The notes: generated from the letters alone by a model not told the origin. A DNA stretch of 64,000 nucleotides from Neoconidiobolus thromboides FSU 785 (GCA_025603075.1 MU626312.1:1-64000), one strand, 5' to 3'. Counted from the first letter of the stretch, positions 37,701 through 50,987 are shown. A program made the numbers and translations.

Positions 37701-38791
37701 GTATGAGTTGATGCTTGAATAAGATGGCATATTTCTAAAGTTATTGACGGATACTGGTGGTGAAGGCTGAGTTAATACTTTTACTGCACTCAACGCAGAC
37801 TCTTTGATATCCAAAGGAAGTCTTAACGGAATTTCTGCAATAGTATCATTCATTACATTTTCCATATAGTACATAGCTATAATAAATTCAAATGCTTCAA
37901 GCTGTCCTTTACCTTCTGTATCAGATACGTTCCAAATATCCTTCAATATTTCAACTGGAATATTACTCTTCATCATAATATCTCTTACTGAGTTTCCATC
38001 TAATACATCTTCACCAAATGATGCTTTTTGAAATATTCTATAATATTTTTGGGCATCTGAAAATGGTATCTTACTAAACTTTCTACTATTGCTTGCTAAA
38101 CTATCAAATGGTGAGTTTGAAACTTGATCAAAAGGTGATCGACTAAAACTTCCTCTTGTTGAACGTGATGATGAACGTGATGTTGGTATTATTATTCCAT
38201 CAAAAGTTGGTAATGGACAAGCTAAAAAATCTGATCAATTTTTTATAAATTTATGGGCATAAAAATCTACCTCCACTCAGATGTGATAAAGCTAGTGTTC
38301 TTCCATTTTGAGCCATGGCAATGAGTTTCATAGCAACTTTAAATCCAGGAAAACGCAATAAACCTTCATTTTTTAAATCTGCCATTTGCCAAATCTGAAT
38401 GAGAATTCATGTGATTAGTTTATCATTCTTTTAATTTAATAATTAAATTCAAATTTACTTTTGAAAGGGTACTAGGATCCAAGTTTGACTTTTTAAAATA
38501 AGGGACAGCTTGGTTGCCATCCAAAAAACCTAATTGTTTACCACCCATTTTTTCGAATAAAAAGTCGAATGCTTGTTCTTCAATTGGAGTAAACATCTCT
38601 TTTTTATCCGAATTATTTCCAAAGTCAGGTACATTTAAAGATGGGTTTGAAGAGGCACTTCTACCTATATTGTATCCTTTACCACTTGTTTCACTACCAT
38701 TTGATGGACTCTTTAATAAACTATCTTCAAATAAAAGATCAAATGGCTTATTGCCAATATCACTTGAGGCATATGGGGTTGTTGGTGCCAT
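34798..38791 (-). CDS. EDE1: EH-domain endocytic adaptor with coiled coil and C-terminal UBA (Ede1/Eps15-like)
   Basis: Three EH-like segments (e.g. LSKIWQMAD, LKDIWNVSD, LAEIWELAD..GSLSRDEFAVAMHLI), a coiled coil, DPF/NPF motifs and a UBA (LMQMGFTIEQANEALAKYDNDLDLATNFLL). Confidence 0.9.
34965..35100 (-). repeat. Imperfect ~30-bp coding tandem repeat in Ede1
   Basis: Encodes QNTQVKDKET / QNTEVGDSEI / QDTEVRDSET units. Confidence 0.7.
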
Positions 38792-40543
38792 GAAATAAAT
38801 AAAGTTTTGAAAGTTTCAATTGATAATTTTAATAACTCTGTTGATTGGTTCAATTAAAGATTCAATTTTTAAAAATCATGTGGCTTATTTGGATTGATGA
38901 AATGGCATGGTAAAATCGATATTGGAATAAACCAAAATATTAAGATGTAAAGAAGCAATTTCAAAGTCAATATTGAATGCAATGAATTGTTGAAAGTGTT
39001 AAAAAGTATTAAATCTTTCATGAAAATAGCTTTAAAAAGTGGTAAGGAACTATATACTTTGAAAAGTTTATTAAAAGGGTTTTCTAAAGTTACTCTACTC
39101 TGCACATTAAAACATTACCAGCCTTTATAAGGGAATGGTAAGAAAAATGTTTTTCAATCGTTAAGTTTCCTTTAACATAGTTTCTGATGTTATCTAGAGA
39201 TAAATATGTAAAATTTAAAGTTATACTATAAAGCCAATAAATTTATATAACAAAAACACTTGAATACTTTTGTAAATTCTAATATAATACACTTAGGAAT
39301 GTCATTTTCGGTTTCAGTTTATCCGTTCTTTTTATTGCTATGTAAACTTAAAAGTTAATGTTAAATATTGAAACAAAAAAACGTCAACATATATAAAAGT
39401 GCACTTATGTCTCAATATTTTTATTTAAAATGAAAATTGGCACTTTAGCTTGTACTTTAATAGCTGCATTATGCTAAATAATTTTATAAAGATATCTAAT
39501 AAACTCTCTAATAAAAATAAACTCCTATCATGGTGATATAAAACTAACATGATAGATTATGCATCACTAAAAAATCAATAATCGTTAATTTTTATGGCGT
39601 TGTCACATAGTAACTTAAAATATACTGCTAAGTTAAGGAAACTCCAATGTTACAAATGCTACAGCATTCGAAAGCCTTGATTAAATTCTGTTTTAATAAT
39701 TTTTCAATAATTTTAAAGCAGCTTAAAATTTGAAAATCATTGGCTTGACTTTAACAAAAATAATAGAAATAGTTTATTATGTTTATTATTGAATACAGCT
39801 ATTTAAATTTGTATGTAAAATAATTTGACTATAAAGATTTGATTTTTATTGTTACTATTTTTTTTAATGAATTGTACTTTAACTAGTTATTTATTATAAA
39901 TCAATATAATATATATATAATGACTAACTAGTAATTAACTATAATTGTTATTGATTACAACATTAGTTACTTGATTATTTTAACTAAATTCAAGCAACAA
40001 AGAATGTGACAATGAATTCATTAATTCAACCTGGATTATTTTTAAACAAATTTTAAAATAAACTACATATTCAATAAACCTTAAATGAAAATATAGATTT
40101 GGTTTAATATAAATAATATACTCTATTTAATTAAGAGTAATAATATATTAATAGAATCATTAATTAAACTATTTAAAAACTAGAAAATTAATTGATTTTC
40201 TATAGTTTTAATTTTGCCAAATGTTTTAAGCTACAAATTAATAACGCAAGAGCCAATTAAATGAATTCAGGCCTATTTAGCCAAGATTGAGTAAAGCAGC
40301 ACAACAAATAAAAAACGTGGTAAATTCATAAAAAATTGAAAAATATCAAACAGTTAATGAAATAAACTCAAAATACAACGGTATTAAAAAAGATAATATC
40401 GTTACTATCAGGTTGTAGGAAATTTAATTTTGTGATACTTATCCTTTCTTATATTATTTATTAAAAATTCCTTTATTTCTCTCTTTCATAATTATTATTT
40501 TTCTTTAGACTCTTAAAATTAATTTTATTTCTTTAAAAATCTC

Positions 40544-41721
40544 ATGATTCAATTCGGTCGTTATTTTGGGTTATGTGAAAATGCCCCTCTACCATTATGT
40601 CCTTTAGTTGAAAAGCCTCACTTAAATGGTCCTTTATGTTATGCTAGATCTATAGAAATTAACTCTACGCTAATCTTCCAACCAGCTACTTTAGCCATGC
40701 AAATAGTAGCTTTATTAATGACAATAGTTATGATCTATCATATAAAAACAAAGTATACTGCTGTTGGTAAGTTAATGAATATTAATAGCTTATATGTTAA
40801 CTTTATTAATGTTATTTATTTAGGTCGAAAAGAAATGGTTTTATTTTTCTATCTTTATTTGTTAACGATTGTTATGGAATTTATTGTTGTTTCTGGGTTA
40901 GTAGCAACCGCATCACCTGCCTACCCATTTTTAGTGGCCGGGTATTATGGGTTAATATCAGCTTGTTTATTTAGTTTAATGCTAAACGGGTTTGTTGGGT
41001 TTCAATTTGCTGAAGATGGTACTTTTTGGTCTTTGTGGGTAATATATCTTATTTATTATTAATATAAAAACACTAATTTATTTCTTAAAGACAATAAGAG
41101 TATTAAGTTTTGTAGTATTTGGATTAAGTTATTTTGTTGCAGTTGGTACCTTTCTAAACATTGGTTTTAGTTCAACTTCCCCAACAGTACTTTGGATTTG
41201 GATGTACATATTTCAAGGTTTATCTATCTTAATTTATTCAGTATTGCAAATTATTTTAGTTGTAAACACTTTAGACGATTTATGGCCAATTGGTAATATA
41301 AAATATTAAACAATAATAGAATTGTTTATACTAATGTTTTTTAGGCAACGTTATCCTTGGTTTACTTTTATTTATTTCAGGACAAATAATATTACATATT
41401 TTATCACCACGTATATGTGATTATATGGGACATTATATTGATGGTTTCTTTTTTGAAGTGATATGTACATTATTATCAGTGATGATGGTTTATAAATATT
41501 GGGATTCAATTACAAAAGAAGATTTAGAATTTTCGGTATCTGGAAATCAAAACGTTTGGGAAGTTAAAGAACTATTAGAAGATATGGAAGATACTTATGA
41601 TCCCTCTGATTTCAAACCTATACAATCTAGTCCTTATTCCTATTATCAATTATCGTCTAATAAGTCTTTTACTAAAGATTTTAATCAAAATTTATTCAAT
41701 TCTAATAATTATCATACTTAA
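40544..41721 (+). CDS. CHS7: Chitin synthase export chaperone
   Basis: Motifs LPLCPLV, CYARSIE..LIFQPA, KYTAVGRKEM, NGFVGFQFAEDGT, HYIDGFFF and VYKYWDSITKEDLEFSV; multi-exon. Confidence 0.95.
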
Positions 41722-41897
41722 ATCAGGATCACACATATGTTCTATTCTGTTTCCTTTTAAAATTAATCTAAATAAAATTATATTAATGTAATAAATATCT
41801 TTGTTATTCTAAGTAATATTTTTCAAGTAAGAGAGAACTAAAAAAGGAAATTAAATTAAAAAATATTGAATAAGATTACCAATTTTAATAATGAAAC

Positions 41898-42281
41898 TTA
41901 AAGGTTGTTTTTCAACAATTGAACTTTTAAGGAAGGCAAATCCGATTTTGTTAACTTAGGGCATTTGACAATAAGGAGACCTTGTTGAATAAAGGCATGT
42001 ACTTTGGAAAGACAAATCTTATCAGCAGGTAGATCTACATTATATTTAAATGCCTCCTTCTCATTAATATTGCTCTTTCTATTATTGATTTCCTCCTCAT
42101 CTTCCTCCTCTTTTGCTTTATCTGCTGATATTTTTAATGTGCCATGATCAATATTGATATCAATATCATCATTTTCGAATCCTGGTAATTTTACTTGAAA
42201 ATAATAAGAGTTGGCAGATTCTGCCCATTGGTGTGGATATTTGGTGGCCATAGTTTTATATAATAAAAATGGAATAGTCAT
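41898..42281 (-). CDS. Small heat-shock protein (HSP20/alpha-crystallin domain), divergent
   Basis: WAESANSYYFQVKLPGFENDDIDINIDHGTLKISA...VHAFIQQGLLIVKCPK. The start is ATG 42281 or 42251; the track start at 42284 is TTG. Confidence 0.8.
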   Translation of the reverse strand: MTIPFLLYKTMATKYPHQWAESANSYYFQVKLPGFENDDIDINIDHGTLKISADKAKEEEDEEEINNRKSNINEKEAFKYNVDLPADKICLSKVHAFIQQGLLIVKCPKLTKSDLPSLKVQLLKNNL

Positions 42282-42622
42282 CAACTTTATTCTAGTTTAT
42301 ATACTTTATCCTTTTATTACTACGTAATACTTTATGTTCTTATTATTATCCCTTGTTTTTTGTTTTGTTTAATTAGTTAGATTATTATGAGTTATTCTTG
42401 AGGTGAAACAAGGGATGATTTATTACTGTCTTATTAAAAGTAAAGTAACAAAAATTAGAAGCTAAATGGTAGCTATTAATAATATTTACATATTTATTAT
42501 GAATGTTTTAAGCATTATTAGTGATATTCTACAGTTTATACATAGTTTGATACTTGGATAAAAAAATGCATTAAGTGCTTTGATATAAAAAGAAAAGTAT
42601 TATTACAAAGTAGAGTTTAATT

Positions 42623-45068
42623 ATGGATCATAAAATAATAAATGTTTTGAGCGATAAAGATAAAAGAGAAATAGAATCCTCATTATTTATATATGATCTG
42701 AATCAATGTTTAAAAAAACTCTTGGAAATAAGTAAATACAACACTATTACTGTTACTGCTTTTATTCTATTTAATAGGTATCGATTCACATGCCTCAAAA
42801 ATTAATATAGAATTGATATTAAACCCTTTGACCTTAAAAATCAGTGATAATGGAAATGGAATCAAACTTTCAGATATGAAAAATATCAACAACTTCGAAA
42901 GTACTATTGTTAGTTTAATTTATTCATTATCTAACATAATTTTTTTAAGGTCATAGTTCAACTTACAATAATGATAGTAGTCTATATTTTAATCACTATA
43001 AAAAAAGTAAAGAATTATAGTAATATCTTTTCAAAATATAATAAAATTTTAGTTTTTTATTGTATTTCAAACGTTGCTCATTTGAAAATTATTAGTAGAG
43101 TTGAGCCATTCTATATGGCCTATAAGGTTGATGTTGGGGTATCTCTTTATCAAATAAATCAACTTGGATCTAATAAATTCTAGCTTGAGGCCATATCTTC
43201 TACAGTTATTTCAAATGTTTCAACAGAACTAAAGCGTGGTACTATCATTGTAGTAACCAAGTTATTTGATAATGTATAAACGTAAATTGAAACATCAAAG
43301 CTAACTTCTAGTAGATTCCAGTAAGAAAAAAAGCAATATATAATGAATTGGATAAAAATATAAGCAACCTTCAAGATACTATAAAGATGTATGCCTCTAT
43401 TTTTTATAATATCGAGTTTCATTTTGATTATAACAGCAAAGAAGTCCTTAATTATAATAAAGTATTTCTATTAATATTAAATACAAAGTTTACTTATTAT
43501 GAAGGATAACGATATTAAGAGGAGATTTCAAAAAATAATCAATCTAGATCAAGAAAAAGTATATAAATTAAATAATATTAAAAATATATTAATAGTTAGG
43601 ATATCATAGAAGTAACATATAAATGTCATGAAAATAAAATTCAAGTATTATTATCGATTAAAACATTTCTATCAAAGGTTTGTTAATACAATCAGCTATC
43701 AATATGCTAAAACTATTGTAGAAATATCAATTCACATGTTTGTTTTGTCGTAATATTAAAATACTAATGAGTTGTTTTAGTTATAAACAAGAGACTTGTT
43801 AATATTCCGGAAATAACAACTATTGTAAATAATAAGTTAAAGCTTCTTAAGGTTTGTTCATTATTCTGTTTTATTATACTTAGTATTTATTTCATGTTAG
43901 GATCAAAAAAAAGGTTGAGAAATAGAAGATATAGAAGATATAACTTAGTTTTTTTATAGGAAGACATTTGGCCTATTTGATTTCAATTAAAACTAATATC
44001 CCTGATTTATATTATAAAATAGGGGATGAATATCAATGCTTATTGAGAAAAGAGGTTGGTTTATTTAAAAATAATTAAGCTAAACTTGAATATAGGAAGT
44101 GTTTGTAATGCAACAGCTTGTATATAATACGCTATCTATTTTGTGCAATAATGAAACATTGGTTCAAATAAGAAATTCCTTATTACATAACACCGTTGTA
44201 GTATATTATAAACATTTTCTATTTTCATTATTCAATAATATTTTAGGAACCAAAAGAACAAAATACAACATTAGGGCAGCGATATGAAGCAAACAAAAAT
44301 AGTATGTTAAATTTAGATAAAAATATATTTAAATCAATTAAGGCGGTTGGACAAGTTGATACTAAGTATATATTAGGCTATATCAATAAATTGAAGGAAG
44401 GTATAAATAAAACATTCATAATGATAGATCAACATGCTGCTCATGAAAGAATAAGGTTTGAATGGTTTAATGAGAATTTAAAATCTAAAAACAACGAATG
44501 TTTAATATTAAATCCAGCAATAATAATTAAACATAATATAGCAGAAAATGATATACAAAATACACAAAGCTTTAATAAAATGATGAAGGGTTATGGGTTT
44601 ACCTTAAAAATAGAGAATAACACAATAATATTATATGAAATTCCAATCTTTCTTTATAGCATCATAGATAAATTAGACTCTACTACTAAATCAAATGTCT
44701 TAAATGGCCAAATTCAAAATCTTACTTTTCATTTATTAGAAGATATTAAAAACTTCATAATGAATGAAGATGGCTTTAATTTGTCTATAATACCATCTAT
44801 TAATGAATTTAGTGCAACATTTGCTTGTAAAGGTGACTAATAATATCTGTCTTATTATCATCATTGATATTGATCTTGTTTTAGGCGCAATTAAATTTGG
44901 CGACAAGTTAAGTACTGAGCAATGTCAACACATAATAGATCAGTTAAGTTTAGTTAAATTTCCATTTATATGTGCTCATGGGAGGTAAACAATGATTTTA
45001 TATAAAATGTTATAATTATTAAATAGTGATATAGAAATACAATGTATGTTGTAGGATCTTTTAAATGA
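42623..45068 (+). CDS. MLH3: MutL-family protein, MLH3-type
   Basis: Many short exons. C-terminal VGQVDTKYI, DQHAAHERIRFE, FACKGAIKFGDKL and FPFICAHGR. N-terminal GHKL remnants DNGNGI and GTIIVVTKLFDNIPVRKK, and a transducer segment INKRLV. Confidence 0.85.
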
Positions 45069-45185
45069 AACTTTTTAAATAAAATTTGAAGCCTATAAAT
45101 AAATTTTGTAATTGAATACAAATTAAATTGAAATTTAAAGAGAAAAAGAAAATAAATATGATACTATTTATTGCCTAGCTCTTAT

Positions 45186-45791
45186 TTAAAGACGAGATTT
45201 ACCAAGGGAAATGGGACGAGCACCTTGGGTTTGAGCATTTGGTTGTTTTGGGAATTTAACAGTAAGTACACCATTATCAGTGTTGGCTTGAATGTCATCT
45301 ACCTTAACACGGGAAGTAGGTACAGGGAAAGATAAGTAGAAGCGATTGGCAAAAGAGTTATATTGAGAATAATTGGTAAGTGGATATGGAGTATTTAAAT
45401 CTTGATATTGAGAATAAGTTTGGGCAGAGTAAAAGCTATTAGAACCAGCTTGTTGATATTGATTATTATTATTATTACTAAATAATGATCCTAATCCATG
45501 CCCTTGTTGTTGACCTTGTTGTTGTTGATTATTAAATTGATTAGAATTATATTCAACACCAGCTTCGATAGTAATTAAAGGATTAGATGGATCACCAGTA
45601 GCATCATCAACTTTAACATTAATTTCTTTTTCAGTTAAACCTGGTAAAGCTACTTTTAAATAATAAACATGATTATCTTCAATCCATTTGGTTTGTACAA
45701 CAGCAGCGGAATAATTAAAGTAATCATTGTTTAAATTATTATCAGTTTGATTTTGGTTACTACCAAATAAATTTTTTAAGCCAAGAGTCAT
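45186..45791 (-). CDS. Small heat-shock protein (HSP20) with Q/N-rich insertion
   Basis: KWIEDNHVYYLKVALPGLTEKEINVKV...FYLSFPVP..VKVDDIQANTDNGVLTVKFPK, with a C-terminal I-S-L (IXI-like) motif. Confidence 0.82.
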   Translation of the reverse strand: MTLGLKNLFGSNQNQTDNNLNNDYFNYSAAVVQTKWIEDNHVYYLKVALPGLTEKEINVKVDDATGDPSNPLITIEAGVEYNSNQFNNQQQQGQQQGHGLGSLFSNNNNNQYQQAGSNSFYSAQTYSQYQDLNTPYPLTNYSQYNSFANRFYLSFPVPTSRVKVDDIQANTDNGVLTVKFPKQPNAQTQGARPISLGKSRL

Positions 45792-47078
45792 TTCTATATA
45801 AATAGAATAGAAAGGAGAAGATTAATAAATTAGTTATATATAATAGAATAATAGAAAGAAAAATTACTTAAATGTTTTCAATTTTTAATAATAGAAAAGA
45901 AGATAAAAAATATAAATAATAATATTAAGGATTGTTTTTATATACTTTATTATCTATTTAGGTGACGTATGAAAACAAGTTCATTAGATAATTTTTATCT
46001 ATTTCTCTTTTTCTACCCTTAAAATTTTATTTTTATAATAATTTTATCCCTTAAAAATAATAATTGAACATGGTATCATTAATGATGTTTTATTGGAATT
46101 TTAAAAAGGATTTCGTCATTGTTGTTAAATGGCTAATGATAGCTAACTATTTAGGATGATTGAAGATAATGATTGGCCAATCAAGATTTCTAATTTTAGT
46201 TAATTACTTAATTTTTTGCGTGTTGCGTTTTAAGCCATGTTGTTATTGCTATTATAAATATTAAGGATAGACTTAATTTTGAGAATTAAGATCAATAAGA
46301 AAATTATAACCTTTGTTCAATTTATAGGTTGATTATTTAAAATAATAATAACATAAATGTACTTTTATTTATTAGCTTAATCTTTTAATTTATTATCATA
46401 TGAATTTTAGTTCAAGTTGAAGCTTTTCAATAGTTTATAACTACAAGTTTATTTTAAAGGAGTTCATTTACATACATGAGTCTTTATATAAATTATAAAT
46501 CTATTGCTTTTAATACTACATGTTGTTATAAATTATTGTTATTTGGTTTATTTAATAATTTGTATGGGACTTATAATTGTAGTTTAAAATTTTTTTGATT
46601 TGAGTTAAATGAAATATGAACTGAGGTCATAACTTATTAGTCCCATGATTCATGTTTAGTTTTCTTATTGTATTTAATGTTATGAGAAGTTCTATCAAAA
46701 TAATTAAAGGCAAAGTTTAAGGTATTTTATATTAAGTTATTTAAAAAATCACGAAAATGAGTTTAAATTAACAACAGTAAATAAGACAACGCCTTTTTTA
46801 AATAACTCTTCTTTTTATTTGATATTTAAAATTTTATTATACTATCGTTTTAATATTATTGTTTTGTGGAGTTATTGTTTTTAAATTATTTTAAAATAAA
46901 ACGCAAAAATCAAAACCTAAAAACGAACACAAAAGTCCAAATTATTGTTATATTTTTAAATTTCCATCTATTATAGTTAGTTCTCAAGTAAATCGCATGT
47001 CATTTTATTCATTTAATTAAATTAATTATTTTTTCCCTTCAATATAACTTAGTTTTGAAACACTTCAACTTCAAAAGC

Positions 47079-48010
47079 ATGAATATATTAACTATTGTTA
47101 CTGGGGCTTCACAAGGAATTGGTAAAGCATGTAGTGAATTATTGATCAAAGGAGGAAGTAGTGTTTTAGGAATAGCAAGAAATGAATCATTATTAAAAGA
47201 AATTCAACAACAATATTCCAATTTTCATTATATTGTAGCAGATATTTCGGATGATAATAAAATTGAAGAAATAATTGTCTGGGTAAAAAATAATCAATTT
47301 GATCAAATTAATTTAGTTAACAATGCTGGGTAAATTAAAATAAGAAATAGAGAAATTATATAAATGGTGTTCTAACAATAATAATCATTTAGATTGATTG
47401 AGCCCTTAAAACCCATATCCGAATTAACTAGAGATGAATTAACAAAGTAAGTTCAACCTTATTCAATCTAGAAAATAAATTAATAATTAATAGAATCTTC
47501 AATATTAATGTCATTTCCTTAATAAATCTCACTACCAAATTGTTACCTTATTTAAAAGAAGGACGTATTATTAATTTAAGTTCTGGAGCCTCTATAAAAC
47601 CAACTTCTGGATGGTCCGCTTATTGTATGAGTAAAGCAGCAATCAATATGTTTTCTCAAGCTTTAGCTTTAGAACATCCTAAAATTTTTAATTTAGCTTT
47701 ACGTCCAGGGGTAGTGGATACTGAAATGCAAAATGAAATTCGAACCAAAGGTATATATTTTGTTTTGTACTGTTTTTTTAAAGCGAATAGAGGCTAATAA
47801 AAGAATTTTTTTCTTATATGTTTAGGTGTAACTGGAATGAGTAAAGTGGATCATGAAAAATTTAACAATTTAAAAGTTAATAACCAATTATTATCTCCCT
47901 ATCAACCAGGGGAAGTAATTGCTAACATTATATTAAGTAAGAAGTTACCTTGGGAATTAAATGGTAAATTCATTTCTTGGGATTCAGATGAATTAAAAAA
48001 CTTAGTTTAA
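47079..48010 (+). CDS. Short-chain dehydrogenase/reductase (benzil/sepiapterin reductase-like)
   Basis: TGASQGIG, LVNNAG, NLSSGA, YCMSK (YxxxK) and RPGVVDTEMQ; four introns inferred. Confidence 0.9.
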
Positions 48011-48081
48011 ATTAAGTAAATAAAATAAAAATAAAAATAATAAAATATATTTATTTATTCAATTTTAATATGTTTAAATTA

Positions 48082-50639
48082 TTATAAATTTAAACAAGTT
48101 AAAAAAAAGATTGAATTTAAAGGAAGATGACATAGAATAATACTGATAGGAAGCCAAGAAGAAATCATTAAATGATTAGTTAATAGTAATTCTAAATTCA
48201 AGTTCAATAAATATTTCAATATTAAAAAAATCACAAATGGATTAATTAAAACAATTAAAATAAGTTTGATTATTTTAAACTTATCAAAATGCAATAATAT
48301 TAATGAATAAGGTAATGTAGATATTGATAATAATAAAGATAAACCTGTGTTTAAAGGAGCTATTAATATAGTTATTAAAGATGAAAAGAATAAGGTAATT
48401 AATTGACTATCTTTAAATCCATTTGAATTACTCTTAATTGTTAATTGTTGAATTAAGAATCCTATAATATAATTTACTATTAATAATAATAATAATTTAT
48501 TATCAAACTAAATTAAAAATTAATATATATTAATAATTACATTTAATACAATATCACTTACTATTAAAAATGATAAAATAGGTCTTGTTATTAATATATA
48601 ACATAATAATGTTAAACTTAATGATGATATAAATAATAATAGTCCTTTGTAACCACCATAAAAATAAATTTTTGGTATTATTAATTCATCTTCAAATTGA
48701 TTTAAATTTTGTTGATAAGTAAATTCATTTAGTTCTTTTTTACTTTTTTCTTTTTCTCCCTTTTCCTTTTCATCTTCCTCTTCTTTTTCTTTCTTTTCCT
48801 TTTTCTCCTCTTTTTCATTTACTTCTTTACTTCTTTCCTTCTTTTCTTTTATTTGTTTATTACTCTCCCCTAAATTCCTTTGATTATCAGTCTCAGATTT
48901 CCTTAATTTTAAAACAACGATTAAAATAGGCAATAAAGCCAATACTAAAACAACAATAATGTAATGAGTTAATGGGATATAACGAAAAGCGTTAACATAA
49001 ATATAAAAATGGGTAGAATGATGTAATCTTTCCAATAAATTATTTAAGCTACGAAACATTGACTCAATTATCCTAATTAAATATTATAATTAAACACCAT
49101 ATAATTAAATATTATTATATACTTACCATCCTAAATTTTTAAAATAAATATCTTTATTTATACCTTGATTTCCTTTAATTGTTACTGTACTAACACCATA
49201 ACTAAAAAATAATTAATAAACTTAAACTTATAAAATAAATTCAGTTAACTCTTACTTTAAAAATAGGCCATGATAGGAACTTGGTAAACAAAATGCCATA
49301 TATTTTAATTGAGTAAGCATGGTAATTAGTCGATTATTGTTTTCAGATAGTTCTTTTCTTGGAGGTTCATACATATAATGAGTAATTTGAAAATCATCAC
49401 AGATTTCTGCTATTGTTGAAACTAAATCCATATTAGGTAGTTGTCCGTTAGGACCATCTAATAATTTATCATTTAATAGAGCTAGAATATTATTATTATT
49501 ATTAAATTTACCATAATAAAAAGATAAAGAATCATAACCTTCCGAGTTATTTGGAAAGTCTAAACTTACTGCCATTTGAATTTCACTACCTATAATAGCT
49601 AAATTTTCTAAAGGAATGTAAACACGATTGATTTTTAAATAAGATATATAAATAATTACCTGCTCCTTCAATTGTATTAGAAGTGTAATAAGCATTCAAC
49701 CAAACTTGAGATGCAGTTAAACCATTATCAGTAATAAGAAAAATAATATCTTTAGCCCAAAAATTACTAGCTAACATTATAGAAAGATAAAAAATAAGTT
49801 TATTTATTAATATATGTTAAATAATGATAATTTTAAACTTACTTGAAAATTGTTGAGCTAAAGATAATAATAATGCTATTCCATAAATATTATCTAATTT
49901 ATAATTAGCTTTCCTATTTTTTGGATAGAATTATATTCCGTTATTTTACCTTTTCCATTTTCAATGCTTGAATTCCAATCTGCACTTAAAACTAATGCTT
50001 CAGTACCATCTCCGCGTGGAGCTTTTAAAACTGCATATGTATTAATACCTGAAATGGGCTTTATAAAAAAATTTAAATAAATAACTAATAATAACAAAGA
50101 AATGATAAAACTTACCTTTTGATATTGTTTATTTGGCAAATCATAACTTTGTGTATAAGTTAGAAAACCAAAATCGTTAAATTGTTCAACTATATATTTT
50201 GATTTACTATAAAAAAAGATGAAATTATTAATAACTATTATTTCAATAGATTAGATTTCTACTTACAGTTGGCTATCACTGTCTTTAATAGCTGTTAAAT
50301 CTTGTTGATATTTTTCAGCTAAATCAACTTGATCACTGCTATAATACACCCAACCCTAATAATAATTAATTATTATAATAAAATGAATTGCTTTTTTATA
50401 TATATTACCGAATTAATCAACAATGCATTCTCATCCACATAAATACCTTTTAAAGCTGGATCCGAAGTTAATAGAAATAGCGCTAATATTCCTAATAATG
50501 CCCATACCCAACTATAAGAAAGTTTTATTAGTTTTTGTATTTGTTTAATTGCTGCTGTTTACCTTATTAGTATTATGGTTTTGTTACTGGGTTGGAATAA
50601 TAATACTTTCGTTTTTATTTTTTCAAGTTTAGTCGTCAT
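48082..50639 (-). CDS. GAA1: GPI transamidase subunit Gaa1/GPAA1
   Basis: YVDENALL, NTYAVLKAPRGDGTEALVL, WAKDIIFL and GQLPNMDLV motifs, followed by a multi-TM C-terminus; multi-exon. Confidence 0.92.
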
Positions 50640-50987
50640 GAAATTTTAATAAAAGAAAAGTTAATATCAAAAGGAAAAAATTGAATTTTTTATAAGTGAA
50701 TTTTTAAATTTTATTTTCTTATCTTCAATAAGTTAATTAGTTTTAATATTTTTAATAGTTAACATTATATATATAACATTAATATTAATATCAATATATG
50801 AATATATAAAGTTAATTTTAATTATTTACTATTACTAATAATATTTATTCTTATAAAATCTTATTAATAATATTTATTAAATAAAAATTTCGATTCTTAT
50901 TCTTAAACTTTTGATTTGTTTAAACTCAAATTATAAGCAATTTAAAAAAATCAACTTTTATTTCGATTAAAATCAACCAAGACAACT

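Noticed and set aside
34820-38798. Plus-strand ORFs 34820-35047, 36341-36526 and 38514-38798
   Set aside because: Antisense shadows of Ede1.
42623-44300. MLH3 N-terminal region looking like a frameshifted pseudogene in the ORF track
   Set aside because: Short GT-AG introns with branch-point-like CTAA(C/T) motifs restore a continuous frame with MutL landmarks.
45792-47050. Heat-shock elements upstream of the sHSP genes
   Set aside because: GAA-rich tracts are present, but I found no proper alternating nGAAn triplet array.
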